Assembly (NCBI GenBank): GCA_965652385.1
Contig: CBFGUV010000003.1
Location: 41,411-105,410 of the forward strand
Direction: 5' to 3'
Origin: an uncultured Fimbriimonadaceae bacterium
Lineage (GTDB): Bacteria; Armatimonadota; Fimbriimonadia; Fimbriimonadales; Fimbriimonadaceae
DNA length: 64,000 nucleotides
Both the position numbers and the translations under genes were made by a program. This document shows, one piece after another, positions 25,760 to 35,582 of the stretch; within the stretch, counting starts at the first letter, position 1; each line of letters begins with the position of its first letter. A model generated the notes under the pieces. It ran no database searches, was not told where the DNA came from, and saw nothing but the letters and a program-made list of their open reading frames with translations.

Positions 25760-26092
25760 GTGTCAGGCCAGTCTACACTGGGCCGGAGTCAAGATTGAAC
25801 TCTGCGTTTATGTCGGAACGGACTGATTTAGGCCCCTGGCACGTGAGGTGGAGAAACTCAATGCCAGAAGCGACCTTCTCGCTGGCACCGTGGAGTTCTC
25901 CGAATGAATAGTGTTCGCATTGACCGACGCAACCTCACGCTCACGGTAAGCAACGTTTATCACTGGTGATCGTGAAGGGATTGATTGCCACAACTTGACA
26001 TAAGTTCACACTAGCTGCTACTATTGACCAGTTCCGGAAGGCAAGTAAAGGCTATATGCCAGGTTGAAGGAAGTTTGATAAGTCCTGATCTG

Positions 26093-26158
26093 ATGGCATG
26101 GAAGAGGTCAGGGGTTCGAATCCCCTTAGCTCCACCAAACCCCACCCCGTTCAGGTTC
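26093..26158 (+). repeat. attR: duplicated 3' half of tRNA-Ala (not a functional tRNA)
   Basis: Matches 10909..10973 with a single 1-nt insertion (C at 26148). It lacks the acceptor 5' strand and the D-arm. Confidence 0.88.
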
Positions 26159-26246
26159 TGGACTTCTGCTGTTGCTCGACGCGCTTTCCTCTGTGGAAAC
26201 TGCCCCACCGCGTCGCCTTCGCAGTAGTATCTAAACAGCAGGCGAG

Positions 26247-27701
26247 ATGCGGACAGGATTGCAGACACTAGCAGTTGCGGCGTTGGCGGTCGCGATCACC
26301 GGATGCGGCGGAGGTGCGGGCGGCAACGCGACCACTCCGACCGGAGGCGGCTCTGCTCCAATCCTCACTCAGAAAGACTTTGACGCCATCCGTGAGATCG
26401 GGCGCAAGGCAGTTGAGGAGGATGGGATTGTCGGAATCTCCATTGCTGTATCCAGGAATGGGCAGACGGTATTTGCCGAGGGCTTTGGTCATGCGGATGT
26501 AGAGCGGACCGTTCCGGTCGATGAGGACACCATCTTCGACATCGCCTCGGCAGGCAAGCAGTTCACGGCGGTGGCGATCCTAAAGCTGGCGGAACAGGGA
26601 AAGATTGATCTTGACCAGCGCGTGCGGGAGTTTGTGCCGGAATTGCCGGAGCACTTCCCCAACGCCACGATCCGAGAGCTGCTCTCGATGACCTCCGGTT
26701 TCGTAAGCGGCGACCTGAATGAGCAGGAGCCTCCCGAAGACTACAAGCGCAAACGCTACGGTCTGGAGCTTCTCACGGATCTTGGTCTCCAGACCGGCAA
26801 GGCAAAATTCCGGCCGGCCGAGACGTTCGTGTATGCCAATGCTGGCTATCTCGTGCTGGGAATTGTGGTGGAGGCGGCGAGCGGCAAGAGATACGACCAA
26901 TACATCCGCGAGGAGCTGCTGGCTCCGAACGGAATGGGAGAGATCACGGTGTGCGAGCGTGCGGAGGGAGACCCGATGGCGCAGGGAATCCAGCGCCGGG
27001 AGAGCGACTATTCCGAAGTCGATTTCATCGACATGACCGCGTACAGCGGTCAGGGTTCGATCTGCGCCAGCGTCGTTGATCTGCTCAAGTGGTCTCAAGC
27101 GCTGAACAGCGGAAAACTGATCTCTCAGAACTCACTGAAAGCGATGCGGACCGGCGCAACCGTGCGCGGTGATGAGGCCAGCGCGGAGATGCCTTATGGC
27201 TATGCGCAGCGGCTAAGCCAGTTCTTTGGACACCGAAAGGTCGGCCACACGGGCACCTTCGATGGCGGCTCGGCGGCCCTTTACATCTATCCGGAAGACG
27301 GCTTGGAGATCGCCGTAATTTCAAACACCTACGGCAGCGGCACACCCCACGCCCTCAAGCATGAGCAGGCGGTCGCGCGCCATCTGCTCAAGGTAGAGCT
27401 GCCCGATATCGAGAAGATGGTTCAGCCGCTGACCGAGCAGCAGAAGCAGGCCGTGGCGGGCGAATACACAACGGGCAGCAACACTTTCACCGCTTCATTC
27501 GATGGCGACACGCTCGTCGCAGTCAGCAATGGGAAGGAGCAGGAGCGGCTGGTGCATGTCGGCGGTCTAGAGTTCCGCCGCGCGGACCGGCCGGAGATTA
27601 TCGAGCGGTTCCTGATGGACGGCGACAAGTGCGGCTGGTGGATCTACGATGTCAGCGGCAGCTATATGGAAGTCCTGCGGCGGGTCGAAGGCAAATCGTA
27701 G
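26247..27701 (+). CDS. Serine hydrolase of the beta-lactamase/transpeptidase-like family; lipoprotein
   Basis: Lipobox AITGCGG and the S-x-x-K motif ASAGKQFTA. 484 aa. Confidence 0.82.
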   Translation: MRTGLQTLAVAALAVAITGCGGGAGGNATTPTGGGSAPILTQKDFDAIREIGRKAVEEDGIVGISIAVSRNGQTVFAEGFGHADVERTVPVDEDTIFDIASAGKQFTAVAILKLAEQGKIDLDQRVREFVPELPEHFPNATIRELLSMTSGFVSGDLNEQEPPEDYKRKRYGLELLTDLGLQTGKAKFRPAETFVYANAGYLVLGIVVEAASGKRYDQYIREELLAPNGMGEITVCERAEGDPMAQGIQRRESDYSEVDFIDMTAYSGQGSICASVVDLLKWSQALNSGKLISQNSLKAMRTGATVRGDEASAEMPYGYAQRLSQFFGHRKVGHTGTFDGGSAALYIYPEDGLEIAVISNTYGSGTPHALKHEQAVARHLLKVELPDIEKMVQPLTEQQKQAVAGEYTTGSNTFTASFDGDTLVAVSNGKEQERLVHVGGLEFRRADRPEIIERFLMDGDKCGWWIYDVSGSYMEVLRRVEGKS

Positions 27702-27766
27702 AGCTATCTGAAATTTGCACCAAACGCACGACACGTCTTGCGGCTGAGATTGGAATATCATGAGAC

Positions 27767-28672
27767 ATGCTGAGCGGTCTCTCCCTACTTGCCCTCTCCA
27801 TTGCCGCTGTCGGGCCGGCAATCAACCAAAGCCCTGAGCTGACGGCGCTCAACGGAGAATGGATCTATGTGGAAGACCGCACGGAGGGTCGGCCTCTGGA
27901 GCAGCAGGGACCGCCGATGAGCTCCAAGTTCTCGCTGCGCGCTGAGGAGGATGCGGTCATTCTGGTGAGCGGACATGGCTCGGGAAACACCAATGTGCGC
28001 GTCCGGCTAGACGGCTCTCTCACAGAAATCCCCGGCACCACCGAAGGCGCGGTCGCCCGATACCGCGGCGGATGGAAGGATGGCGCCTTCACCTATGAAA
28101 CCGACTTCATCCGCGCGGCAGGTCAAGAGCCGCAAGGGCTGATTCGGAAAGAATTCCGACCGACGGAAGACGGGCTGCTGGTCCGCGTGGAGATCGGGTC
28201 GCCCGTGATGATGGAGTCGGTCGGCCTCTACCGCCACGCCGAAGACATTCCGATGCCCGCTCCCGCCAAAGCCACCATCGGCGACATGGATTGGCTGGTC
28301 GGCGCTTGGAAGGGCTCACGAGGAACGGGCGGAACGACCTCCATTGAAGAGCGATGGAGCCCGGCGCTGGGCGGCGCGATGCTCGCCGTGTCACGCACCG
28401 TCTCCCGCGATCGGATGTCGGCCTTCGAATACCTGCGCATCGTCGAGCGCGATGGCGGGCTGGTGTACATCGCCCAGCCCAACGGAGGCACTGCCACCGA
28501 GTTTGTGCTGAGCGAGTTGGGAGAAAAGCGCGCCGTCTTCGATAATCCGCGGCACGACTACCCCAAGCGGATCGTATACGAGCTGTCGGCCGAAGGCGTC
28601 CTGACCGCCACCATCGGCTTTTCGGTAGGCGGCACTCCACGGCGCTTCGAATTCAAGCGAGAGGGACAATGA
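27767..28672 (+). CDS. Secreted protein of unknown function (DUF6265-like C-terminal half, from memory)
   Basis: Signal-like N-terminus. The C-terminal segment reads DWLVGAWKG...IEERWSPALGGAMLAV..YLRIVERDG..YPKRIVY. Confidence 0.6.
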   Translation: MLSGLSLLALSIAAVGPAINQSPELTALNGEWIYVEDRTEGRPLEQQGPPMSSKFSLRAEEDAVILVSGHGSGNTNVRVRLDGSLTEIPGTTEGAVARYRGGWKDGAFTYETDFIRAAGQEPQGLIRKEFRPTEDGLLVRVEIGSPVMMESVGLYRHAEDIPMPAPAKATIGDMDWLVGAWKGSRGTGGTTSIEERWSPALGGAMLAVSRTVSRDRMSAFEYLRIVERDGGLVYIAQPNGGTATEFVLSELGEKRAVFDNPRHDYPKRIVYELSAEGVLTATIGFSVGGTPRRFEFKREGQ

Positions 28673-29454
28673 AAGAGATTGCCGCAGGGCTGATCGCAGC
28701 GGGTGCCATCGGCACCACTTGGGTCAGCATAGATAGCCAGGACATCAAGCCGCCCTTCAAGAACTCGGTCGCATCCACCGATTTCGACTACATCAAGGCC
28801 GACGACCCCGACGCCTTTGAGTCGATTCGCTTTGTGGGCCGGGAGAGGACTGAGATGCCGGACAAGCGGAACGATGAGCTGATGTCTGACAACACCTTTG
28901 TCTTCGAGGCGAAGTTCCGTGATGGCAAGCTGATCCCCATCTGGGCGCACAACTCCTTCGGCGACGTACAGACCGCCCAGCGATACGCGACGATGGTCAC
29001 CGGCCCGCTCGGAAAGCTGCCCGAACCCATGCGCAAGATCCTCACCCGCGTGGTCATCCACAAGGGCAACGAAACCGCATTCGCCGAGGACGGAGGGCAC
29101 TTCTTTGTGCTCTACTCCGAGAACATGGAGACGCGGGTCAAGAACCACGATCTTGAAGAGACCGTGTTCCACGAATCGGTCCACGCCACCCTGGACCAGA
29201 AGCACGCGAAGACCGAAGCTTGGCTCTCCGCGCAGAAGGCCGATGGCGCATTCATCACCGAGTACGGCGCGAACAATGCCGGCAAAGAAGACATGGCCGA
29301 ATCGGCCCTCTTCGCCTACACGATGCTGAAGTATCCGGGGCGGCTCCCGGCCGAGGTCGAGGATTGGGTTCGCAAGAACACCCCCAACCGTCTGGCCTTT
29401 TTCAAGAAGATCTTTGCCGAGATGGAGAAGAAGCCGGGCAACCCTGAGCGGTAA
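28669..29454 (+). CDS. Hypothetical protein with an HExxH motif (possible metallopeptidase)
   Basis: VFHESVHATLD contains HExxH. An ATGA overlap couples it to the upstream ORF. Confidence 0.55.
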   Translation: MKEIAAGLIAAGAIGTTWVSIDSQDIKPPFKNSVASTDFDYIKADDPDAFESIRFVGRERTEMPDKRNDELMSDNTFVFEAKFRDGKLIPIWAHNSFGDVQTAQRYATMVTGPLGKLPEPMRKILTRVVIHKGNETAFAEDGGHFFVLYSENMETRVKNHDLEETVFHESVHATLDQKHAKTEAWLSAQKADGAFITEYGANNAGKEDMAESALFAYTMLKYPGRLPAEVEDWVRKNTPNRLAFFKKIFAEMEKKPGNPER

Positions 29455-29463
29455 AGTCGGGCC

Positions 29464-32265
29464 GTGCTGGCTGTCTCCCTTCTCGCTGTCCTTTCCGCTC
29501 AGCAGAGCCCCTTTGCCGGGGCCGACTGGCTGACCATCCCGCAGACCGCCTCGCCCATCGAGAGTGCGGATTGGGTGTGGGTTCAGCTGCCGGGGCAGGC
29601 CGCGCCGACGGCCCAGAATGCCTCGGTCGGTACGGTGCGATTCTCGCGTCAGTGGCGTTTGGATGAAGCTCCGACACAGGCCACGATCTGGTTCACGGCC
29701 GACAACAGCAGCCGGGTCAGGGTCAACGGCCATGCCGTCGGCAGCTCAGAGCGATGGGAAGAGATCGTTTCGGCGGAAGTCGCCCAGCACCTGAAGAGGG
29801 GCGACAACCTTATCGAGATCGAAGCCACCAACGGTCAGGGCACCGGTGCGACCAATCCCGGCGGTCTGATCTTTGCCGCGCAGGCTGCCTTTGCCGATGG
29901 CCGCCTAGAAACTCTCCACAGCAACGAGAGCTGGCAGAGCCCAGACGGGCGGGTGGTGCGGCTGGGCGACTACTCCTCGCCCCCCTGGAACAAGGGCGGA
30001 ACCGAGGTGCCGCCTCCCGTCTTCGAAGGAAGTTTCGCGGCATCCAAACAGGTGAAGAAGGCGGTCGCCCGCGTCGTCGGGCTGGGCCACTTCGATCTGG
30101 TCATCAATGGAGAGCGGCAGGGCGAGGGGCTGCTCAACCAGCCGTGGTCGCAGTTCGATAAGACCATCTACTGGCACGAATTCGATGTCACTCAATCCGT
30201 CAAGCGGGGAGAGAACAAGGTCGAGGCGCTGATGGGCAACAGCTTCTACCGCGTCGCCCAGACCCCCGGCCGCTTCGCCAAGGGAGACGCCATGCCGGAC
30301 TTCAGCAAGGGCGCGCCTTACCTCTTCTGCATGGCCCTGGAGATCACCTACTCCGACGGCACCAAAGCGAAAATCCTCACCAATAAAGACTGGCGGTGGA
30401 AGAAGAGCCCCTTCACCTACAGCCACGTCTACGGCGGCGAAGATTATGATGCCCGCATCGTCCGCCAGATGCAGACGCTACACCCGGTCGCCATCGCCCC
30501 GGCTCCGCAGGCCGAACTCCTCCCCATCACCTGGCCGGCCTTTCGCGAGGTCGAGGCATTCACGCCGACGCGGGTCTTTGAATACAAGCCCGGAGTCTGG
30601 ACGTACGTTTTTCCGCAGAACGCCATGGCCACGATCCGGCTTCGAGTGCGTGGAGCGACGGGGCAGCGGATCGAGCTGACTCCTTCCGAAGTCATGTCGC
30701 CCGAGGGCGAAGTGCAGCAGCTCAACCTATGGGGCGGCCACTCCTACGCCAGCTACACCCTGGCGGGTGGCGGAGCCGAAGAGCATGAGTGGCGCTTCTT
30801 CTACCACGGATTCCAATTTGTCCAGATGAAGGGCGGAGTTCCGGCGGGCCAGCCAAACCCCGATGGTCTTCCGGTGGTCGAGTCGCTGGAACTGGTCCAC
30901 GTCCGCACCGACAACCCGGAGACCGGCCAATTCACCACGAACAAAGAGCTTCTCAATCAGACCCACAGCCTGATCGATTGGGCCATGCGCTCGAACATGG
31001 GCTACTCGCTCACCGACTGTCCGCACCGCGAAAAGCTGGGCTGGCTGGAATGCAGTCATCTGCTCTTCCGCAGCTTCGCCTATCGCTACGACACGCAGGA
31101 TTGGTTCCACAAGATTGCGCGCGACATGCGCGATATCCAGCTTCCGGATGGCCGCATCACCACCGTCGCGCCGGACTACCTGATGCTGCCGACCACGAGC
31201 CCGTACAAGTTCACCATCGAGTGGGGAGCGGCGGGGGTTCTGCTGCCGTGGCAGGCTTACGAGTGGTACGGCGACAAGCGATTCCTCACCGAGAACTACG
31301 CGATGATGAAGGGCTATGTCGACTGGATCGCGGCCAACGCAAAGGACGGCATCGGCCCCGCCGGGCTGGGCGACTGGTACGACTACGGCCATGGTCAGCC
31401 TCCCGGACCGAGCCGCTTCACCCCCACCGATGAGACCGCCACCGCAATGTGGGCGATGTGCGCCCAGGCCATGGCCCGCGCCGCTGCCGTGCTCGGCAAG
31501 ACCGAAGACGCGGACAGATACACCGCCATGCACGGCGAGATCCGCACCTCGTTCCAGCGGCACTTCTACAATCCGCAGACCAAGATCGTGAAGAACAACG
31601 GCAGCTGCCAGACCGCCAACGCGATGGCGCTCTACGCCGACCTGCTTCTCTACGAGGACCGCGAAGCCGCCCTCAACGCGATCATCGCCGACCTGGAATC
31701 CCGCGACTACCAGCAGACTTCCGGCGACGTTGGCCACCTCTTCCTCATCCGCGCCCTCGCCGAGGGCGGCCGCTCCGATGTGCTGCACAAGGTGTATGGC
31801 CGCACGGGGCTCGGCTCCTACGGCGGCATCATCGCCAAGGGCCTGACCACCCTCCCCGAAACCTGGGACGCCATCACCGTCGGCAGCAACTCCCTCAACC
31901 ACTGCATGCTCGGCCACGCAATGGAGTGGCTCTACGGCTACGTCCTCGGCATCCGCCAAGCGCCCGGGTTTGTGGGGTGGGATTTCATTGTCATTGCCCC
32001 GGAGATCGGCGGACTGACTTCTGCGGCAGGCAAGACGATGACGCCTAAAGGCGAAGTCGCCGTGAAATGGTGGCGCAACGGAGATCGGTTCACGGCAGAA
32101 GTGACCGTGCCCAAGGGGGCAGTGAGCGAGTTCGTCATCCCGGTTCCGTGCGAGCAGTTCACCGTGGACGGTGAGACGATGACCGGGAGAGAGGGTCTGT
32201 TCGGTCGGCGGACGGTGAGTTTGTCGGCGGGGCGGTATTGGATCAAGGTGAATTCTCAAGACTAA
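29464..32265 (+). CDS. Alpha-L-rhamnosidase (glycoside hydrolase family 78)
   Basis: The GH78 signature is TDCPHREKLGWLE, with (alpha/alpha)6-type segments (GDWYDYG, ETWD). 933 aa. Confidence 0.88.
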   Translation: MLAVSLLAVLSAQQSPFAGADWLTIPQTASPIESADWVWVQLPGQAAPTAQNASVGTVRFSRQWRLDEAPTQATIWFTADNSSRVRVNGHAVGSSERWEEIVSAEVAQHLKRGDNLIEIEATNGQGTGATNPGGLIFAAQAAFADGRLETLHSNESWQSPDGRVVRLGDYSSPPWNKGGTEVPPPVFEGSFAASKQVKKAVARVVGLGHFDLVINGERQGEGLLNQPWSQFDKTIYWHEFDVTQSVKRGENKVEALMGNSFYRVAQTPGRFAKGDAMPDFSKGAPYLFCMALEITYSDGTKAKILTNKDWRWKKSPFTYSHVYGGEDYDARIVRQMQTLHPVAIAPAPQAELLPITWPAFREVEAFTPTRVFEYKPGVWTYVFPQNAMATIRLRVRGATGQRIELTPSEVMSPEGEVQQLNLWGGHSYASYTLAGGGAEEHEWRFFYHGFQFVQMKGGVPAGQPNPDGLPVVESLELVHVRTDNPETGQFTTNKELLNQTHSLIDWAMRSNMGYSLTDCPHREKLGWLECSHLLFRSFAYRYDTQDWFHKIARDMRDIQLPDGRITTVAPDYLMLPTTSPYKFTIEWGAAGVLLPWQAYEWYGDKRFLTENYAMMKGYVDWIAANAKDGIGPAGLGDWYDYGHGQPPGPSRFTPTDETATAMWAMCAQAMARAAAVLGKTEDADRYTAMHGEIRTSFQRHFYNPQTKIVKNNGSCQTANAMALYADLLLYEDREAALNAIIADLESRDYQQTSGDVGHLFLIRALAEGGRSDVLHKVYGRTGLGSYGGIIAKGLTTLPETWDAITVGSNSLNHCMLGHAMEWLYGYVLGIRQAPGFVGWDFIVIAPEIGGLTSAAGKTMTPKGEVAVKWWRNGDRFTAEVTVPKGAVSEFVIPVPCEQFTVDGETMTGREGLFGRRTVSLSAGRYWIKVNSQD

Positions 32266-32302
32266 CGCGATGCGCAACAGGCGCCGATGCGTCACCTAAC
32301 TG

Positions 32303-33352
32303 ATGGTTCCGGCACTCCTCGCCCTTTCGGTCACACAGTTGCCGCAGGCAATTCCAGGTCTGGGCAAAGTCGAGCCCTTTGATCTGCCGCCGGGAGCCTT
32401 TCGACAAGAAGATGGCGGGCCGCTTCTGTTCACTGTGTCCAACTCCGGTGACAGGGTTTACCAATTCTCCAATGGCCGTCCAACCGAACTGAGAACCTGG
32501 CCGACGGACCGGCCCTATGTTTGGCAGACCCGTATTGGTGCCAGTTACGACACCGCCGATAAGCGAGCGCGCATCGACTGGCAGGGCATGCCCTCTCGCC
32601 GCCAGTCTTCCACCTCTCTTTGGCTGAATCTGTCCGACAATATGGCAGGGCTCTGGGATGACTCCACTCCAATCTTCTGGCGCAGTGGAAGCGGAGAAAA
32701 CGGCATCACGGCATCCGCCTTGTGCTGGCTGGACGTGGAAGGCGAGCCGACGGGCGGGATCGCATTCTTCAACCGAAAGAACACCTACTTCGTCGGCATC
32801 AACCCCGAAGAAGGTTTCTTGGCAGTGCGTGATTATGAAAAAAATGTGCCCGGCAAGCTCCATATCTTCTCTCTCAACCGCGACTACCGTCTTTCGAAGG
32901 AGCTGCCGTTGACAAAGGAGATGAAGCGGTTGGATGCGCTGGGTGGCGCGCAGGCTTCCCGAGTCTATAGAACCATCTCCGCAAACTGGCGGTGGGCAGT
33001 GGATGAGGGAACGGCGGAAGTTGATCTCAAGACCGGCAAGAGAACACCCATTCCAAAGCCCTCTAACACCAGCCGATATCTCTTCTACCTAGGCAATGAC
33101 CTCTTTTTCATTCAAGAGATCGACGTGCTGGATAAAGATGGAGCCCCAGCGACCAACTCCATGGGAGATCGCATCAAGATGCAGGAGCTTTGGATGTATG
33201 TGCGCGAGGAGCAGAAGATCACGCTTATCGGAGGATACGAGGTTCTAGGTTCCAGTCCAAACGGAAGGTACGTGGTCATCCGGCCCTCCCATCCTGATCA
33301 CCGAACAAACTACGCCCTGCTTGTGACCCGCCCTAATCTGCCTACGGACTGA
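32303..33352 (+). CDS. Hypothetical protein
   Basis: 349-aa ORF with ordinary composition and no motif I recognise. Confidence 0.55.
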   Translation: MVPALLALSVTQLPQAIPGLGKVEPFDLPPGAFRQEDGGPLLFTVSNSGDRVYQFSNGRPTELRTWPTDRPYVWQTRIGASYDTADKRARIDWQGMPSRRQSSTSLWLNLSDNMAGLWDDSTPIFWRSGSGENGITASALCWLDVEGEPTGGIAFFNRKNTYFVGINPEEGFLAVRDYEKNVPGKLHIFSLNRDYRLSKELPLTKEMKRLDALGGAQASRVYRTISANWRWAVDEGTAEVDLKTGKRTPIPKPSNTSRYLFYLGNDLFFIQEIDVLDKDGAPATNSMGDRIKMQELWMYVREEQKITLIGGYEVLGSSPNGRYVVIRPSHPDHRTNYALLVTRPNLPTD

Positions 33353-33704
33353 TCTTTGTCATGTGGAACTTCTGGTCTCCGGCATCAAGCAGGTAGGCGT
33401 TCGGGCCTTGGGGAACCAGCTTCACCCGCATGGTGCCTCCGGTAGGGCTTGCGCTGCCGCCAGGGCCGGTAACGGTGGGGGGCTGCATCTCGAGCACATC
33501 CCCCTTCAAACTATAGGAGCCGGAAGCCTGGCCGGAGCCGCCCGCGCCGATCAGAGTGCCCGTGTACTGGCCATTTGAACCGAACTCGACCTGCATATTG
33601 GTCGCTCCCATCACCAGGTTCCAGCGGCCCGAAAGGTCGGGCGAGCTGCCTTTGCAGCCGAACAGCAACAGTACGCCAAACAACGCGAAGGGAGCGATTT
33701 TCAC
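33342..33704 (-). CDS. Small lipoprotein, function unknown
   Basis: Signal peptide with the lipobox LLLFGCKG. 120 aa. Confidence 0.6.
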   Translation of the reverse strand: MKIAPFALFGVLLLFGCKGSSPDLSGRWNLVMGATNMQVEFGSNGQYTGTLIGAGGSGQASGSYSLKGDVLEMQPPTVTGPGGSASPTGGTMRVKLVPQGPNAYLLDAGDQKFHMTKISP

Positions 33705-33925
33705 CCGGATATTCTGGCCAATTCTGCGCCTCTCTGCCTAGATGTTAAGATGCGTGAGCGGGGTATTCTGAAATTCTTCTGGCGCGTGAGCGCCAAATTC
33801 GGCGGGAGGTTCAAAAGAAAAATGACTGTGCGCTCAGCTCTGCAAAACTCGAACTCCGCCGTCCACCCTGCCTGACCCTTTGGTTTAAGGCTTCCCTACT
33901 TCAGCGCCGGAGTTCGTCCGGTCGT

Positions 33926-35014
33926 TTGCGGGGCTTTGCCCTGCCTGAACCTTGGGAACCCCAGGCATTGAAGAACACACTCTCGAACAAACTGAATCAA
34001 GAACTCGCGCACCTCAGCGCCGACCAGATCGAAAGCCTGATCAAGCAGGCGCAGCACATGAAGCAGCGTTCCGGCAAGAAGGGCGGCACCCTGGACGAAT
34101 GGGTGCGCCGCGCCCTGAGCCGCGCCGAACGCCAGATCCGCAAAGCCACCGACCGGCAGGAAGGCATCGTCGCGAGCGTGGTCGCCCGCGACGTTCTGCT
34201 GGAAGTGGGCGACGAACTCGTTCACACCCCGCTCGGCGGCGTACAGGTGGTGGTCGGCGACCGGGTGACGGTCGGGCTGCTGGATGGCGAGCTCACCATC
34301 CTCGAAGTCCACGAACGCCGCACCAAGCTCTCCCGCCCCGACGTGAACAACGCCAACCAGGAGCAGCTCATCGTGGCGAATGTCGATGTCGTGGTGATCG
34401 TGGTCTCCGTGGTCAGCCCGCCCCTGCACCCGCGGCTGATCGACCGCTACCTGGTCGCCATCCAGAACGGCGGAGCGGAAGCCGCGCTCTGCGTGAACAA
34501 GATCGACCTGCTGCAAGACCGATCCGAACTCGAAAAGCTGGAGCCCTACCGCCGGCTCGGCATCCCCACCTTCGAATGCTCCACGCTGCAGGGGCGGGGG
34601 ATTCAGGAAGTGCGGAGTCACTTGGCCGGGCGAGTCGTCGCCTTCGTCGGACACTCCGGAGTCGGCAAATCTTCCCTGGCGAACGCCATCACCCCGGAGC
34701 TTGGCCTCAAGACCGGCGGCATCAGCGAAGGCTGCGGCCGAGGCACCCACACCACCACGACCAGCTCCCTGCACCGCCTCGAAGACGGCACCACCCTCAT
34801 CGACACCCCCGGCATCCGCAGCTTCGGCCTATGGGATTCCGGCCAAGAAGAAATCACCGCCTCATTCCACGAGTTCGCCCAATACACCTGCCGATTCCGA
34901 AACTGCCGCCACCTCACCGAGCCCGACTGCGGAGTCATCAAAGCCGTCGAACAAGGCGAAATCTCGCAGGAACGCTACGACACCTACTGCCGGATGCTAG
35001 AGGAGGCAAATTGA
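33926..35014 (+). CDS. rsgA: Ribosome small-subunit-dependent GTPase A
   Basis: Circularly permuted GTPase order VNKIDLL then GHSGVGKSSL then DTPG, and a Zn-knuckle CRFRNCRHLTEPDCGV. The TTG start is uncertain. Confidence 0.9.
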   Translation: MRGFALPEPWEPQALKNTLSNKLNQELAHLSADQIESLIKQAQHMKQRSGKKGGTLDEWVRRALSRAERQIRKATDRQEGIVASVVARDVLLEVGDELVHTPLGGVQVVVGDRVTVGLLDGELTILEVHERRTKLSRPDVNNANQEQLIVANVDVVVIVVSVVSPPLHPRLIDRYLVAIQNGGAEAALCVNKIDLLQDRSELEKLEPYRRLGIPTFECSTLQGRGIQEVRSHLAGRVVAFVGHSGVGKSSLANAITPELGLKTGGISEGCGRGTHTTTTSSLHRLEDGTTLIDTPGIRSFGLWDSGQEEITASFHEFAQYTCRFRNCRHLTEPDCGVIKAVEQGEISQERYDTYCRMLEEAN

Positions 35015-35015
35015 T

Positions 35016-35043
35016 TTGGTGTAGACATTTGTCTGTGTATAAT
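35016..35043 (+). promoter_or_regulatory. Candidate promoter with an embedded palindromic operator upstream of the PE-imuB-dnaE2 operon
   Basis: TTGGTG (35016..35021), a 16-nt spacer, then TATAAT (35038..35043). The spacer contains the 12-bp palindrome AGACATTTGTCT (35023..35034). Confidence 0.35.
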
Positions 35044-35062
35044 AAAGCCTCGCCGTAATGGC

Positions 35063-35578
35063 ATGGAGTTGTTTATGAGCTACCAGTTGAACCTGTTTCA
35101 GCACGAACCGCACTTGCAGTTTGTCGTCAAGCATCACCAGGCGAAAACCCTGCATGACGACTTTCGCCTGGAAGTATTCGGGGCCTTGGCCTCATGGGTG
35201 CTCCCCACACACCCAAGCCTAGACCCCACCGACAGCCTGCGGGCATGGCGCACGCCCGATCACAAGATCAAGTGGATGCTTTCCGAGCGCTGCATCCCTG
35301 AAGGGCAGATCGGCACAGGCCCCATGCTCGTTTGGGATAAGGGGCTGTATCGTCCCATTGCTCCCGGCGATGAGACAGATGATGTGAAGGCTGCGGTTGG
35401 CATTTTGCGCGGAGAGCTTGACGTTGAACTCTCGGGCGAACGCTTGTCAGGACGATTCCGTCTGCGTCGTGCGGGCCGGGATTGGAAGCTGAGCAAGCTG
35501 CCGGATGAGCATGTACGAATCGGACACTGGTGGGATGACCGATCCATCTTGACTGGGCGCACGCTGAGCCAAATCTGA
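35063..35578 (+). CDS. Stand-alone LigD-type 3'-phosphoesterase (PE / LigD_N) domain protein
   Basis: FVVKHHQAKTLHDDFRLEVFGALASWVLP aligns to the LigD PE signature FV.Q.H.A..LHYDFRLE..GVL.SWAVP. The later DHK..W and GELDVELSGERLSGRFRL segments match the PE beta-barrel. Confidence 0.72.
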   Translation: MELFMSYQLNLFQHEPHLQFVVKHHQAKTLHDDFRLEVFGALASWVLPTHPSLDPTDSLRAWRTPDHKIKWMLSERCIPEGQIGTGPMLVWDKGLYRPIAPGDETDDVKAAVGILRGELDVELSGERLSGRFRLRRAGRDWKLSKLPDEHVRIGHWWDDRSILTGRTLSQI

Positions 35579-35582
35579 AATC

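Larger units (their letters stand above)
10909..26158. mobile_element. Integrated genomic island (about 15.2 kb) in tRNA-Ala, carrying a type I R-M cargo
   Basis: Flanking 65/66-nt direct repeats and a tyrosine integrase directly next to the tRNA. Base composition is visibly AT-richer than the flanks. Cargo includes replication, regulation, anti-restriction and R-M genes. Confidence 0.85.

Noticed and set aside
26011-26268. Small ORFs (26011..26268 minus, 26024..26227 plus) and a possible second tRNA at attR
   Set aside because: The region contains only the 3' half of tRNA-Ala, with no 5' acceptor strand or D-arm, and so cannot fold as a tRNA. The ORFs run through this repeat and are spurious.
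28558-32295. Long minus-strand ORFs (28558..29733 and 30727..32295) opposite the HExxH protein and the GH78 gene
   Set aside because: Arg/Gly/Pro-rich antisense frames overlapping well-supported plus-strand genes. No motifs.
33896-35058. Alternative-frame and antisense ORFs over rsgA (33896..34774 minus, 33952..35058 plus)
   Set aside because: The frame at 33926..35014 carries all RsgA GTPase and Zn-knuckle motifs. The others are Arg/Pro/His-rich nonsense typical of off-frame high-GC translation.
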